UHGV virus genome: UHGV-1421865
Strand: one strand, 5' to 3'
Length of the DNA stretch: 64,000 bases
Origin: a virus
Position numbers and translations under genes: made by a program. Below are positions 26,703-36,906 of this stretch, in pieces. Within the stretch, counting starts at the first letter, position 1; every line of letters starts with the position of its first letter. Below the pieces are notes generated by a model. The model did no database searches. It saw only the letters and a program-made list of their open reading frames with translations, and was not told the origin of the DNA.

Positions 26703-27299
26703 ATGGCAATACACATCACATCAAATACAAAATCTCTCAGAGTAAAACCTACGGACGAAACAGAATTACGTGACATTGTCGAACAAGAGTTAGACAGTCA
26801 AGGTCCAGATGCCGACCTGAACTTCATTGATACGTCTCTTATAACAGATATGAGGGGGCTATTTTATAGTTTTAGAGGTATTAGAAATATCAAGATAGAC
26901 AAGTGGGACACTTCAAATGTTTTGGACATGCGTTCTATGTTCGGCAAATGTTACGAATTAAACACTGATCTATCTAAGTGGGACGTTTCAAATGTTAAAA
27001 ATATGTCACACATGTTCATCGAATGTTATAAATTCAATTCGGACCTATCCGGTTGGGACACATCAAGTGCGGTTAACATGGAATCTATGTTCGACAGCTG
27101 TACAATTTTTGAATCCGACTTATCCGAATGGAATACCAGTAAAGTTACCCACATGTCTAGTATGTTTCAAAAATGCTCTAAATTCGAGTCTGACCTATCC
27201 GCTTGGGATGTATCGAATGTCAAAAAGAACGGTGGGATGTTTTATATGTGTACTAAAATGATGGGTAAAAAACATCTACAACCTAAATTTAATATATAA
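26703..27299 (+). CDS. DUF285-repeat protein (N-module type MAIHITS)
   Basis: MAIHITSNTKSLRVKPTDETELRDIVEQELDSQGPDADLNFIDTSLITDM plus about 6 repeats. Confidence 0.6.
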   Translation: MAIHITSNTKSLRVKPTDETELRDIVEQELDSQGPDADLNFIDTSLITDMRGLFYSFRGIRNIKIDKWDTSNVLDMRSMFGKCYELNTDLSKWDVSNVKNMSHMFIECYKFNSDLSGWDTSSAVNMESMFDSCTIFESDLSEWNTSKVTHMSSMFQKCSKFESDLSAWDVSNVKKNGGMFYMCTKMMGKKHLQPKFNI

Positions 27300-27304
27300 A
27301 TAAT

Positions 27305-28081
27305 ATGTCACTTTCAAAATACATCACAGAACGGTTAAAGATTACGTCGAATACAAAATCGGCCAATAACCAACATACATTGTTTCCTAAAGATTTAAAG
27401 GAGCTCCTACCGATATTAGAAGATGAAATTAAAAAACAAGGTCCAGATGCTGACTTGAATCACATTGACGTATCGCAAATTACAGAAATGCACGATTTAT
27501 TTTATAGAATTTACATTAGAAACATCAAAGTCGACAAATGGGACGTGTCGAATGTAGTGAATATGCGTAAAGCGTTTACTGGTCATAAAGACTTTAACGC
27601 TGACCTATCATCCTGGGATGTATCAAATGTAGAGAATATGCGTAGTATGTTTGAAGGATGCCCGAACTTCAATGCTGACCTGTCAGAATGGGATGTATCT
27701 AAGTGTAGAGATTTCTGTAACGTATTTAATGGATGTGAAAAATTCAACCATGATCTGTCTAATTGGGATGTTTCTAAGGCTTGGATTACAGCAGGTATGT
27801 TTCAGGATTGTAATAGTTTTGAATCAGATTTATCTTCTTGGAATGTATCTAATGTAAAGGACATGAATAGGATGTTCCAAAACTGTTGGAAATTCAATTC
27901 CGATCTGTCTGGTTGGAATGTATCAAAAGTTGAAACAGTATCACAAATGTTCGAGAATTGTACAAGATTTAGAAGTAATTTATCTAAATGGGATGTAAAT
28001 CGTGTAAAAACTTGGTATAAGTTCAGTGCTGAGTGTCCAAATTTTAATGATAAGAGTAATTTGCCTGAAAAACTTAGATAG
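27305..28081 (+). CDS. DUF285-repeat protein
   Basis: MSLSKYITERLKITSNTKSA... plus about 8 repeats. Confidence 0.6.
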   Translation: MSLSKYITERLKITSNTKSANNQHTLFPKDLKELLPILEDEIKKQGPDADLNHIDVSQITEMHDLFYRIYIRNIKVDKWDVSNVVNMRKAFTGHKDFNADLSSWDVSNVENMRSMFEGCPNFNADLSEWDVSKCRDFCNVFNGCEKFNHDLSNWDVSKAWITAGMFQDCNSFESDLSSWNVSNVKDMNRMFQNCWKFNSDLSGWNVSKVETVSQMFENCTRFRSNLSKWDVNRVKTWYKFSAECPNFNDKSNLPEKLR

Positions 28082-28113
28082 ATTTAAACAATACTAACTA
28101 TATTTAATACACT

Positions 28114-28965
28114 ATGTCACTTTCAAAATACATCACAGAACGATTAAAAATTACGTCAAATAGCAAATCGGCTACTAGACTAAAACCTAAAACAAGATAT
28201 GAGCTTAGTTCGTTGATAGGGGAAGAATTAGAACGTCAAGGTCCCGATGCCGATTTGAACTTTATCGACACATCGGATATTACAGACATGTCTGAGTTGT
28301 TTTCTGGGTTTAACATAGAAAACATCAAAATAGACCAGTGGGACGTTTCTAATGTCGATAATATGTATCGTATGTTTAATTTATGTACTAGCTATAATGG
28401 TGACTTGAGCAATTGGGACGTTTCTAATGTTGAGAACATGTATGGTATGTTTAACGGTTGTATGTCATTTACCGGAGAAGGTATAGGAAATTGGAATGTC
28501 TTAAATGTTACTAATATGTCGACAATGTTTATGGGTTGTAAAGTATTGAATCCTGACCTATCTGGATGGGACGTTTCTAATGTCAATGACATGCGCGCTA
28601 TGTTCGATATGGCAAATTCTTTTGAAGGGAAAGGTTTAGATAAATGGCGTACCACCAAGCTTACTGATACAAAACAGATGTTTTATGGTTGTGATAATTT
28701 CAATTGTGACTTGTCTGACTGGGATGTGTCTAACGTAACAACCATGTTATCTATGTTTGAGTCTTGTTATAAATTTGATTCTAATTTGGGTAAGTGGGAC
28801 GTTAGCAATGTGACGGATATGAAATTTATGTTCAGAAACTGTTATAATTTCAAAGGCATCGGTTTGGAAATGTGGAATACTTCAAATGTAATTACAATGA
28901 ATTCAATGTTCGACGGTTGTAAGAAATTAAATGTCGATTTAAGTTCTTGGAATGTTTGTTTCTAA
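28114..28965 (+). CDS. DUF285-repeat protein
   Basis: MSLSKYITERLKITSNSKSA... plus about 10 repeats; first 45 nt nearly identical to 27305 start. Confidence 0.6.
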   Translation: MSLSKYITERLKITSNSKSATRLKPKTRYELSSLIGEELERQGPDADLNFIDTSDITDMSELFSGFNIENIKIDQWDVSNVDNMYRMFNLCTSYNGDLSNWDVSNVENMYGMFNGCMSFTGEGIGNWNVLNVTNMSTMFMGCKVLNPDLSGWDVSNVNDMRAMFDMANSFEGKGLDKWRTTKLTDTKQMFYGCDNFNCDLSDWDVSNVTTMLSMFESCYKFDSNLGKWDVSNVTDMKFMFRNCYNFKGIGLEMWNTSNVITMNSMFDGCKKLNVDLSSWNVCF

Positions 28966-29044
28966 AGTAGGACCTTATAATACATTTAAGCTAAAATCTG
29001 GCACCCACCCAAATTCAATATCTAAAAATAACACAGTTTCACTA

Positions 29045-29506
29045 ATGTCACTTTCACAATACATCACAGAACGACTAAAGATTACATCTAATAGTAAATC
29101 TGCAACAGTGACACCAAAGTCAAGAGACGAACTCAGATCTCTTATAGAAAAAGAATTAGAACACCAAGGCCCAGATGCTGATCTAAATTTCATTGATACA
29201 TCTGAGATTACCGATATGTCATACCTGTTCGAAGACTGTAATATCAGAAACATCAAAATAGACGAATGGGATGTCAGCAATGTAACTGATATGCGCGGCA
29301 TGTTTGTTTGGCGTAAAGATTTCAATTGTGACTTGTCTCGTTGGGACGTATCTAACGTCACAAACATGACTGATATGTTCAACACCTGTAAAGAATTTAA
29401 CTGTGACTTATCCGGTTGGGATGTATCTAATGTTGTTAAGCATTTTAGTGTATTTTTTAACTGTGATAAGATACAAGATAACATGACTCCTAAATTCAAT
29501 AAATAA
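29045..29506 (+). CDS. DUF285-repeat protein (start corrected to MSLSQYITERLK)
   Basis: Track ORF extended 31 codons upstream; family N-module begins at 29045. Confidence 0.55.
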   Translation: MSLSQYITERLKITSNSKSATVTPKSRDELRSLIEKELEHQGPDADLNFIDTSEITDMSYLFEDCNIRNIKIDEWDVSNVTDMRGMFVWRKDFNCDLSRWDVSNVTNMTDMFNTCKEFNCDLSGWDVSNVVKHFSVFFNCDKIQDNMTPKFNK

Positions 29507-29523
29507 ATAAATAAATCAAAAAT

Positions 29524-30051
29524 ATGAGTTTACAAAAATACATCAAAGAAGCACTGTCGCCCGGTAGCTTTAATAACAAACCTACTACGACACAAGAACT
29601 CAGAGATCTTATAAAAGAGGTGTTTGATAAACAAGGACACAATGCCGACCTGAACTTCATCGATACGTCGTTGATTACTGATATGTCCGAACTATTCAGA
29701 GACCTTTATCCCCAAAACATCAAAATCGACAAATGGGATGTCTCTAATGTGACGAAGATGAACCACATGTTTGTCGATTGTATGTATCTTAAAACAGATA
29801 TTTCTGATTGGGACACCAGCAATGTTACAGATATGCAATATATGTTCTGTAATTGTAGTTACTTCAACGGTGACTTGTCCGGTTGGGACGTATCTAACGT
29901 TACTAACATGGATTTGATGTTCAAAGGTTGTGCGCGACTGGAATGCGACTTATCCTATTGGGATGTCGACAATGTAGAAACTCACTTCGACGCTTTTGAA
30001 GGTTGTGAAAAGATGACCGATGAAATGCTACCGAAATTTGAATTTTCATAA
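29524..30051 (+). CDS. DUF285-repeat protein (divergent N-module)
   Basis: MSLQKYIKEALSPG...ELRDLIKEVFDKQGHNADLNFIDTSLITDMS plus repeats. Confidence 0.55.
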   Translation: MSLQKYIKEALSPGSFNNKPTTTQELRDLIKEVFDKQGHNADLNFIDTSLITDMSELFRDLYPQNIKIDKWDVSNVTKMNHMFVDCMYLKTDISDWDTSNVTDMQYMFCNCSYFNGDLSGWDVSNVTNMDLMFKGCARLECDLSYWDVDNVETHFDAFEGCEKMTDEMLPKFEFS

Positions 30052-30840
30052 ATGAAACTACAAAAATTCATCACAGAACGGTTAAAGATTACGTCTAAGT
30101 CAAGACCACTCAAACTAACAGAACGTACATTGTTTCCGACTAACTCCGGGCAACTTAAAGCTGTAATAAAACATGAATTGAAACATCAAGGTCCGGATGC
30201 CGATTTGAACCATATCGATACTTTTAAGATCACCGATATGTCTAAATTATTTGAATCTCTACAAATCGGAAACATCAAAATCAACGAATGGGACGTCAGT
30301 AATGTCACTAATATGAGGTTCATGTTTAGCGGGCGTACTAAATTCAATTGCGACTTGTCCGGTTGGGACGTCAGTAATGTAACAGATATGGGGTTCATGT
30401 TTAGTAGTTGTACGTTATTTGAGGGTGGTGGTTTAGATCATTGGGATACGTCCAACGTGGCAGATATGGAACAGATGTTTTACGGTTGTGAGAATTTCAA
30501 TTGTGACCTATCTAGTTGGTCTTCGCGTGTCTCTAATGTGACAAATATGAACGGTATGTTTTCTGGAGCTGATAAATTTGAAGGTAATGGTTTAGATCAT
30601 TGGGATACGTCCAACGTGACACGCATGCGTGCTATGTTTAAGGGTTGTAAGGTTTTTGAAAGCGACATATCCGGTTGGGATACGTCAAATGTTGAGGACA
30701 TGTCGTATATGTTTATGGACTGCGGTAAGTTCAAATCAAATCTATCAGGCTGGAACGTATCTAAATTAGGCGGTCCTCAGATTAATATATTCAAAAATTG
30801 TCCTAAGATGATACCTCCGTTGAGACCTCGATTTGAATAG
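30052..30840 (+). CDS. DUF285-repeat protein
   Basis: MKLQKFITERLKITSKSRPL... plus about 8 repeats. Confidence 0.6.
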   Translation: MKLQKFITERLKITSKSRPLKLTERTLFPTNSGQLKAVIKHELKHQGPDADLNHIDTFKITDMSKLFESLQIGNIKINEWDVSNVTNMRFMFSGRTKFNCDLSGWDVSNVTDMGFMFSSCTLFEGGGLDHWDTSNVADMEQMFYGCENFNCDLSSWSSRVSNVTNMNGMFSGADKFEGNGLDHWDTSNVTRMRAMFKGCKVFESDISGWDTSNVEDMSYMFMDCGKFKSNLSGWNVSKLGGPQINIFKNCPKMIPPLRPRFE

Positions 30841-30868
30841 TGAAATCTAACTTAGCTGATTTTCATAT

Positions 30869-31381
30869 ATGAAACAGGAATTCATATATAACCGAAACAC
30901 AATGCCCGCGTCGTTTAAGGATATTATTTCTGAACGACGCGGTCGTCTTTATACACAGTATCTCGATATTTGTCTGTATCGGTACTTTTTAGACTCGAAA
31001 CAACTACGGGCTATTATAACCAGTACAAATCCGGACATCAAGACCGACAAAGACTATATTAAGGAGATATATAACAAGTTTACTATAATAAACCGTTCTA
31101 AAGCGAACTATGTCGAATGCCCAAGAATTCTACTGATGCCGAAAGACGTTCGTATATCGTCACCTATCGACGTCGACTTGACAGATTATTGGAACGACGT
31201 GATTGAGATAGAACCCAGCAAGCTGACTGCACAGGAGATAGGTCATAAAGAATTAGTGTATCTTGATTATGTTAACGGGCAAGCGCGACTGCGAGACAAG
31301 ATAGAACAGGACATTACTAATTACGATTTTGACGTGATACCCGACGAGCTGCACATTGCAGACGAATATAAACTTAATTAA
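30869..31381 (+). CDS. hypothetical protein
   Basis: 170 aa ORF. Confidence 0.4.
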   Translation: MKQEFIYNRNTMPASFKDIISERRGRLYTQYLDICLYRYFLDSKQLRAIITSTNPDIKTDKDYIKEIYNKFTIINRSKANYVECPRILLMPKDVRISSPIDVDLTDYWNDVIEIEPSKLTAQEIGHKELVYLDYVNGQARLRDKIEQDITNYDFDVIPDELHIADEYKLN

Positions 31382-31387
31382 AACAAT

Positions 31388-33907
31388 ATGAGCTTATTTA
31401 GTAGTTTAGGCGGTGCGTTGCGGAACGGACTGCGTCTCGGTGTCGCACAAGGTATCAAAGACGGGCTCAAATTAGCGACTAACGAATCGGCCGGTGGTAA
31501 TGGGTACGAATACTATAAACATGCCGATTCTATACCAGTTAACTTGTATTCGCTACGCAGTGCAGGTATTTCGGCTAATGATAAGTCTACAGTAGAAAAC
31601 GACGACAGCACCAATCCTGGTATGAAACCCGTCAATGCACAAAACATAAAAGAAAACGGTGATGTACTTGTTACAAAGTATATTAAAAACGATGCGTACA
31701 GAGATTCCGATAAAATGGACATCGCCGTTCCTTCTTGGGGGTACGATGACTTTATAAATACCCGGGCTATATTCCAAAAAGGGATTCACTCGCCGTTTTC
31801 TTTGCCTGGCTTCTTTTATTTTAAGGTATTCTTTAAGTTCGATACACAGCACGGTCTTTTCGGCGGCATCTTAAATAATGGCAACTCAAAAAGCGATCAC
31901 AATTATACAACACAAAACGTAGAGCAAGACAAAGACGGTAATAAAAAAATAGTAGATAAAAAGCACACGGAAAGTGTAGATGGTATTTATGTCGGCACAA
32001 ATACGGCTGCGAAATACCTCAGTGTCTTACATCATTCTAAAAGATACAAGATGTCGGCACCCGGTGAACGATTGAACGCGTTGGTGAAATTTACCAAGAT
32101 GCTTTCTCATATATCTTGTAAAGAACCGTGGTACATTAAATCTATCAAGGGACTAGGACAGGCCGATTCTATTAAATTAGAAGATATGTCTAAAGAGAAG
32201 GTGATAGAAATCGGCATGGGAATGGAGGCTGTCGATATGCGTCTTACCACGATGTTCGACCTGTATCGCTTCGCATGTTATGATATGGCGAACTGTAGAG
32301 AGATTATCCCTGATAACCTACGGAAGTTCGAAATGCAGGTCGTCGTGTTCAATGTACCGTTGAAGAATTTCCACCAGGCGTTAAAGACCAACAGGGAGAC
32401 CTTTAAGTACAAACGGCTGGAAGGAGACGAAAAGATGTCTTATAAAGTATATACCTTCCAAAACTGCGAATTCGACCCGGAATCGTTCGGTTCCGGAATG
32501 CCGGATTTAGATGTAGAAAAAGCCGGTGAATTAGGACATCATACAATTAAGATAAAATACGACAGAGTCTATACGACAACCAGTGCAGAGTTTTATAATC
32601 TGTTGCTGTCACCGACCGGCTTCATTCCTAGTTACAACAACAAACATGTCGCTCGAATGAAGGCGATACAAGACGCTGTATTAAATAACAAATATCACGA
32701 CAAAAACGGCGAATACTCTAAAGACGTTATCTGTGCGTCGGAAGCGATAGCACAAAACGCACTATCAGAGCAAGCGGGACGTACTTTGTTGGGAAATATA
32801 TACGCTGAAGATGCCGTACCCGGGTTTAGAACAAAGAAATACGACAATGCACAGGTTAGTATCGCGAAAGGCGGTAAGCTTGGGTCTTATTATAAAACTA
32901 AATTAAAATATCTTAAAACAAGAGGTATGGAATCGTCTTTTATGACAGACGGTTTTAATATATTACTGAACAAGATACTCGGCGGTCGGGGTATGTCAAT
33001 CACGTCGCTGGGGAACATCTACGGATCTATCGGTAACAACGGTAATTATATTAAAGACAAAATAAAGAATCTAAAACGTGGTACACTGTATACGGGCTAT
33101 TCTTGGACACCTCCGTCGGAAGCCGACTTGCGAAGCCAAGAATTCGATAGATTCCGAAGCGGTGGTTACCGAGTCAATAAAACAACAAGCTCCGAAACGA
33201 TACTACCGTCGGCACCGAAAGAACGTCGTACCGATGCTCAACAGAAAGAACGTATTAGAAATAAGACATCCGATATTAAGAAGGGTTGGCAGAACGAAGT
33301 CGTCGGTATACCCGGTAACAATACAACTACAATGACTGTTTCGGAACATCAGTATAATATGGCTGAGTCAATCAAAGACGGTACTATTTCAAGTACGAAC
33401 GACACCGACCATGTTGCATATAAGACTAAATTAGAACAGATGACCGAACGTGTTAAGAACGGCAACGGTGACGTATTAAGTACAGTTGAGGCTGATCATG
33501 CAGCATACAAGGCTAAGATGTCTACTATGGTCGAGAAAGTCAAACAAGGAAACGGTGAAATTGTAGCTAACATACAAGCTGATCATCAAAACTACTTGGA
33601 CGAAATACAACAAATGACCGAACGTGTTAAGAACGGTAATGGTGACGTGTTAAGTACAGTCGAAGCTGATCATGTTGTATATAAGAACAAATTACAACAA
33701 ATGACCGAGCGTGTCAAACAAGGCAATGGTGATATAACAACTAACGTACAAGCTGATCATCAAAATTACTTAGATGAAATACAACAGATGACTGAACACA
33801 TAAAGAACGGCGATGAAAGTATAACATCTGGTACATCAACTGACGCTATCAGTGAACGAGGAAATCTAAAAGCTAAATTAGAAGCACTCAAAAACGGCAC
33901 TTTATAA
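31388..33907 (+). CDS. large hypothetical virion protein with C-terminal tandem coiled-coil-like repeats
   Basis: 839 aa; five repeats of about 30 aa (TVEADH..YK.KL.QMTERVKNGNGDVLS alternating with N.QADHQNYLDEIQQMTE.VK.GNG); DNA-level tandem repeats near 33400..33800. Confidence 0.45.
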   Translation: MSLFSSLGGALRNGLRLGVAQGIKDGLKLATNESAGGNGYEYYKHADSIPVNLYSLRSAGISANDKSTVENDDSTNPGMKPVNAQNIKENGDVLVTKYIKNDAYRDSDKMDIAVPSWGYDDFINTRAIFQKGIHSPFSLPGFFYFKVFFKFDTQHGLFGGILNNGNSKSDHNYTTQNVEQDKDGNKKIVDKKHTESVDGIYVGTNTAAKYLSVLHHSKRYKMSAPGERLNALVKFTKMLSHISCKEPWYIKSIKGLGQADSIKLEDMSKEKVIEIGMGMEAVDMRLTTMFDLYRFACYDMANCREIIPDNLRKFEMQVVVFNVPLKNFHQALKTNRETFKYKRLEGDEKMSYKVYTFQNCEFDPESFGSGMPDLDVEKAGELGHHTIKIKYDRVYTTTSAEFYNLLLSPTGFIPSYNNKHVARMKAIQDAVLNNKYHDKNGEYSKDVICASEAIAQNALSEQAGRTLLGNIYAEDAVPGFRTKKYDNAQVSIAKGGKLGSYYKTKLKYLKTRGMESSFMTDGFNILLNKILGGRGMSITSLGNIYGSIGNNGNYIKDKIKNLKRGTLYTGYSWTPPSEADLRSQEFDRFRSGGYRVNKTTSSETILPSAPKERRTDAQQKERIRNKTSDIKKGWQNEVVGIPGNNTTTMTVSEHQYNMAESIKDGTISSTNDTDHVAYKTKLEQMTERVKNGNGDVLSTVEADHAAYKAKMSTMVEKVKQGNGEIVANIQADHQNYLDEIQQMTERVKNGNGDVLSTVEADHVVYKNKLQQMTERVKQGNGDITTNVQADHQNYLDEIQQMTEHIKNGDESITSGTSTDAISERGNLKAKLEALKNGTL
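33400..33800 (+). repeat. intragenic tandem DNA repeats (period about 180 bp)
   Basis: Near-identical segments gaccgaacgtgttaagaacggYaaYggtgacgtRttaagtacagtYgaRgctgatcatg. Confidence 0.6.
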
Positions 33908-33920
33908 CATACTTTATATA

Positions 33921-33958
33921 TTAAAAGACGATCTCAGCTATTTTGGGTCGTCTTTTTT
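33921..33958. terminator. hairpin terminator AAAAGACGATCtcagctattttgggTCGTCTTTTTTGT (left inverted-repeat arm)
   Basis: Stem plus T-run immediately after plus-strand gene stop; inverted copy at 34449..34492. Confidence 0.6.
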
Positions 33959-33982
33959 GTATCATTTTACATCGATTTGTAT

Positions 33983-34130
33983 GATTTCTGTTTTGTGTAC
34001 TGGTATACCAAACTATAACAAGCCCGTAAAGGCACTTTTTAGCCTCTCTAACGCACTCAAATGTACTTACCTTGGTACTACCAAGCCTCAACAAAAATCG
34101 TGCGTTAGAGGGGAGATTTTTGTGTGTTTT
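33983..34130 (+). repeat. conserved about 150-nt intergenic element, copy E
   Basis: GTTTCTGTTTTGTGTACTGGTAT...CGTAAAGGCACTTTTTAGCC-TCTCTAACGCAC-[CCTTGGTAgTACCAAGG]-GTGCGTTAGAGG-GGAGATTTTTGTG. Confidence 0.65.
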
Positions 34131-34296
34131 CAAAATCAACCTACCTATTATGATGTTGGTTGTGTCACAACGTATAATAAAATACATATAAAGCGTACTT
34201 TACGTATATTATATGATACCTTATGGAAAATCACATTAACTTTATTAGTACAGTATCTTTAGTACTGTTTGGTAGCAGTTTAGTGTGATTTTGTCG

Positions 34297-34445
34297 GTTT
34301 CTGTTTTGTGTACTGGTATACCAAACTATAACAAGCCCGTAAAGGCACTTTTTAGCCTCTCTAACGCACTCAAATGAAGTGACCTTAGTAGTACCAAGGT
34401 CAAAGAAAAATCGTGCGTTAGAGGGTAAATTTTGTAGGTTTTTGA
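34297..34445 (+). repeat. conserved about 150-nt intergenic element, copy F (tandem with E)
   Basis: Same architecture; inner hairpin GACCTTaGTAgTACcAAGGTC. Confidence 0.65.
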
Positions 34446-34448
34446 TTT

Positions 34449-34492
34449 AGCAAAAAAAAAGACGACCTCAAAATAACTGAGATCGTCTTTTC
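34449..34492. terminator. hairpin terminator (right inverted-repeat arm)
   Basis: AAAAAGACGAcctcaaaataactgagaTCGTCTTTT; reverse complement matches 33921..33958 including the loop. Confidence 0.6.
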
Positions 34493-34502
34493 TTATATGG
34501 TA

Positions 34503-34859
34503 TTAGTGTGGTAGCGACTTATAGTTTTTATCAAATGACCTACCGACCTGTGTTAGTACAGGACCGTAACTAGTGCCGATAGTGTCACCTAAATGGTCTA
34601 TTTCACCTGTACCGTATTCCATGTATACGGAAAAGTCGCGGTCTTCAAATTCCTTATTTACAGCATCGACTAAATTGTCTACTGTGTCCGGTGCTGTAAT
34701 TATCTGAAAACAACATTGCTGAAATACCTCATAGTCGAACGTATACAACTTTTGTAGTCTTTTCAATATATTGTTAATATACCATGAACGAGGCATTTGT
34801 GTATACATCACTTTATCAGACTTAACAAGACCGCCTAAGATTACACTGTATTCTTTCAT
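34503..34859 (-). CDS. hypothetical protein
   Basis: 118 aa ORF, ATGA overlap with next gene. Confidence 0.4.
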   Translation of the reverse strand: MKEYSVILGGLVKSDKVMYTQMPRSWYINNILKRLQKLYTFDYEVFQQCCFQIITAPDTVDNLVDAVNKEFEDRDFSVYMEYGTGEIDHLGDTIGTSYGPVLTQVGRSFDKNYKSLPH

Positions 34860-35260
34860 AATTTCTTAAATTGTGAGTTATATAATGAAAAATCTGGTTT
34901 ATGTCTATCTAAGATATAACAGCCGAAGAACATTAATGCCGCACTTTTTACATTCGATACGTCCCAACTAGCTAAATCACAATCGAAATCTTTACACAAA
35001 GTAAACATACCGTGCATGTCAGTGACGTTGCTGACGTCCCACTCGTCGATTTTGATGTTTCGAGGGTATAAATTTAGAAATAAATCAGACATGTCTGTTA
35101 TTTTGGATGTGTCGATGAAATTTAGATCTGCATCTGGTCCTTGGCGTTCTAATTCTTTTTCTATAATAGATCTGAGTTCGTCTTTTGTTGTTGATTTTAT
35201 ACTGAGTAATTTAGACTTAGATGTAATACGCAGTCTACTGGGTCTATTATGTATCGCCAT
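34856..35260 (-). CDS. DUF285-repeat protein (N-module type MAIHNRPSRLRITS)
   Basis: N-module plus 3 repeats. Confidence 0.6.
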   Translation of the reverse strand: MAIHNRPSRLRITSKSKLLSIKSTTKDELRSIIEKELERQGPDADLNFIDTSKITDMSDLFLNLYPRNIKIDEWDVSNVTDMHGMFTLCKDFDCDLASWDVSNVKSAALMFFGCYILDRHKPDFSLYNSQFKKL

Positions 35261-35269
35261 AATAACATA

Positions 35270-36628
35270 CTAAAACTGTTTTGTTAATACTGTATTAAGT
35301 CTCTTCAAATCGGCGATGTACATTTCTTCGATTGTTTGTTTCTTAATACGTTTTATTTCTGCTTCTAGTTCTTTGTTGTCTTTTAATAGCTTGTCGTACT
35401 CTTCTTTTGTACACCGCACCATGGAGGTATGAACAAGTTCCCAGAGTAGCTTGTGCTTGTCCATATCGACCTTAATGTCTTTCTGTGGACGGTTGTTGAT
35501 CTTCAATTTGTTCTTTATAATAAGATCTATAAAACGAGCGAGGTCTGTATTCTTGTTGAGTTTCTTATTTAAGATGTCCAACAACAATGTTTTACGCTTC
35601 TTATAAATAGACAACCGCCAGTTTACAAAGTATTCTGTCAATTCATAGATGTTATTGAAATAACGAATTTTCTTGTTCTCGTCTAAGACGTACAACTGGT
35701 CGGACGGTACTTGTTTCGTCAGCTTCAGTGTCGTTCCAACGTATTTGTCGACTTGCTTGTCTGTCAATTTAGCCTTACCGGTACTGGTGAACTTGATTTT
35801 GTAGCTAATGTTAGAACCACTACTATTATTGACATAGTCCTTAACGATACCTTTCTCAATTTGTTTATTAAGGATACTTTCGAAATCGTCGAAGTCTATA
35901 TTATACGGCAACTCTGTTATTTCTAGTGTTGTCGAATTTAGTACTTTGTAAGTACCAGAACACAACCATGTGTTGTTTTCTTTATCGAACAACCATGCCG
36001 ACTTAGGAATATCTCTTATATAAGGACTAATCGTCGGTTTCTTCTTCGATTTTTCCAGGACGGCGATACAGTATTTTGTAACGTCGACAGGATTGTACGA
36101 CATACAGTAGAATCTATACCCCGGCGCCATTCCTTCTTGCATATTACAAATCACAGTCGGAATAATAGGAAGAAAACATTCCGGTTCGACATACTGTCCT
36201 TCGTCGTAGATATATTCCAACAACTCGCTGTCTGTTTTCCATATATCGGCATATTCTGATAACGACACATAAAGATAACGCGGTGCAGAAATTGCCTTCG
36301 GTGTTCGTAGCGTTCCGTTTTGTCCGTCGACGTACAGCGGATTTAGATTGAATCTAAACTGTTGCGACAGGGTGATGATAGTACCGTTCAGTGAGGCGTC
36401 ACCGTGAGGGTATAACGACAGGTTGAGTGTATCGCCCGACAGGTTGAGTAGTTTTTTCGAAGCACCGGATTTTAATCCACCGTTAAACGCAGCGTGCATG
36501 ATCTTTCGAGCACCCGTCTTTAAGCCGTCTCGTAGGTCGGGAAGGGCTCTGTTCTGGAGCACATAAAATACGTACCCTTTGTATTCTTCTGAAAGGAATT
36601 TAGATATATCTTTAGATTGTTTTGTCAT
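35270..36628 (-). CDS. type II DNA topoisomerase medium subunit (GyrA-like N-terminus; T4 gp52-like)
   Basis: RALPDLRDGLKTGARK and LYPHGDASL signatures of the topo II A subunit. Confidence 0.8.
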   Translation of the reverse strand: MTKQSKDISKFLSEEYKGYVFYVLQNRALPDLRDGLKTGARKIMHAAFNGGLKSGASKKLLNLSGDTLNLSLYPHGDASLNGTIITLSQQFRFNLNPLYVDGQNGTLRTPKAISAPRYLYVSLSEYADIWKTDSELLEYIYDEGQYVEPECFLPIIPTVICNMQEGMAPGYRFYCMSYNPVDVTKYCIAVLEKSKKKPTISPYIRDIPKSAWLFDKENNTWLCSGTYKVLNSTTLEITELPYNIDFDDFESILNKQIEKGIVKDYVNNSSGSNISYKIKFTSTGKAKLTDKQVDKYVGTTLKLTKQVPSDQLYVLDENKKIRYFNNIYELTEYFVNWRLSIYKKRKTLLLDILNKKLNKNTDLARFIDLIIKNKLKINNRPQKDIKVDMDKHKLLWELVHTSMVRCTKEEYDKLLKDNKELEAEIKRIKKQTIEEMYIADLKRLNTVLTKQF

Positions 36629-36906
36629 ACTTTACTTCTATTGTGCCGTCTGTGATCATAAAACATGTTGTGTAGGTATCTTACGCTACTAGTGTCCCAT
36701 TTATCTATTTTGATGTTACCGACACAAAGACCTTCGAATAAGTAAGACATGTCTGTGATCTTAGATGTGTCGATAAAGTTCAAATCGGCATCGGGACCTT
36801 GAAGTTCCAACTCATGTTTTATAAGAATCTTCAATGCTAATTTTGACGTCGGTCTAGGTCTATACAGCTTTGTAGATGAAGTGATGTGTATTGCCATATA
36901 AATCAA
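36625..36906 (-). CDS. short DUF285-family protein (N-module plus one repeat)
   Basis: MIYMAIHITSSTKLY...DADLNFIDTSKITDMSYLF...WDTSSV. Confidence 0.5.
   Translation of the reverse strand: MIYMAIHITSSTKLYRPRPTSKLALKILIKHELELQGPDADLNFIDTSKITDMSYLFEGLCVGNIKIDKWDTSSVRYLHNMFYDHRRHNRSKV

Noticed and set aside
2317-29506. N-terminal extensions of ORFs 2317..2883, 28952..29506, 7260..7718, 49957..51066 and 45664..46536 as given in the ORF track
   Set aside because: In each case an internal ATG starts the conserved family module or the signal peptide, and the upstream extension overlaps the neighbouring gene or a conserved non-coding element. Starts were moved to 2766, 29045, 7622, 50991 and 46494.
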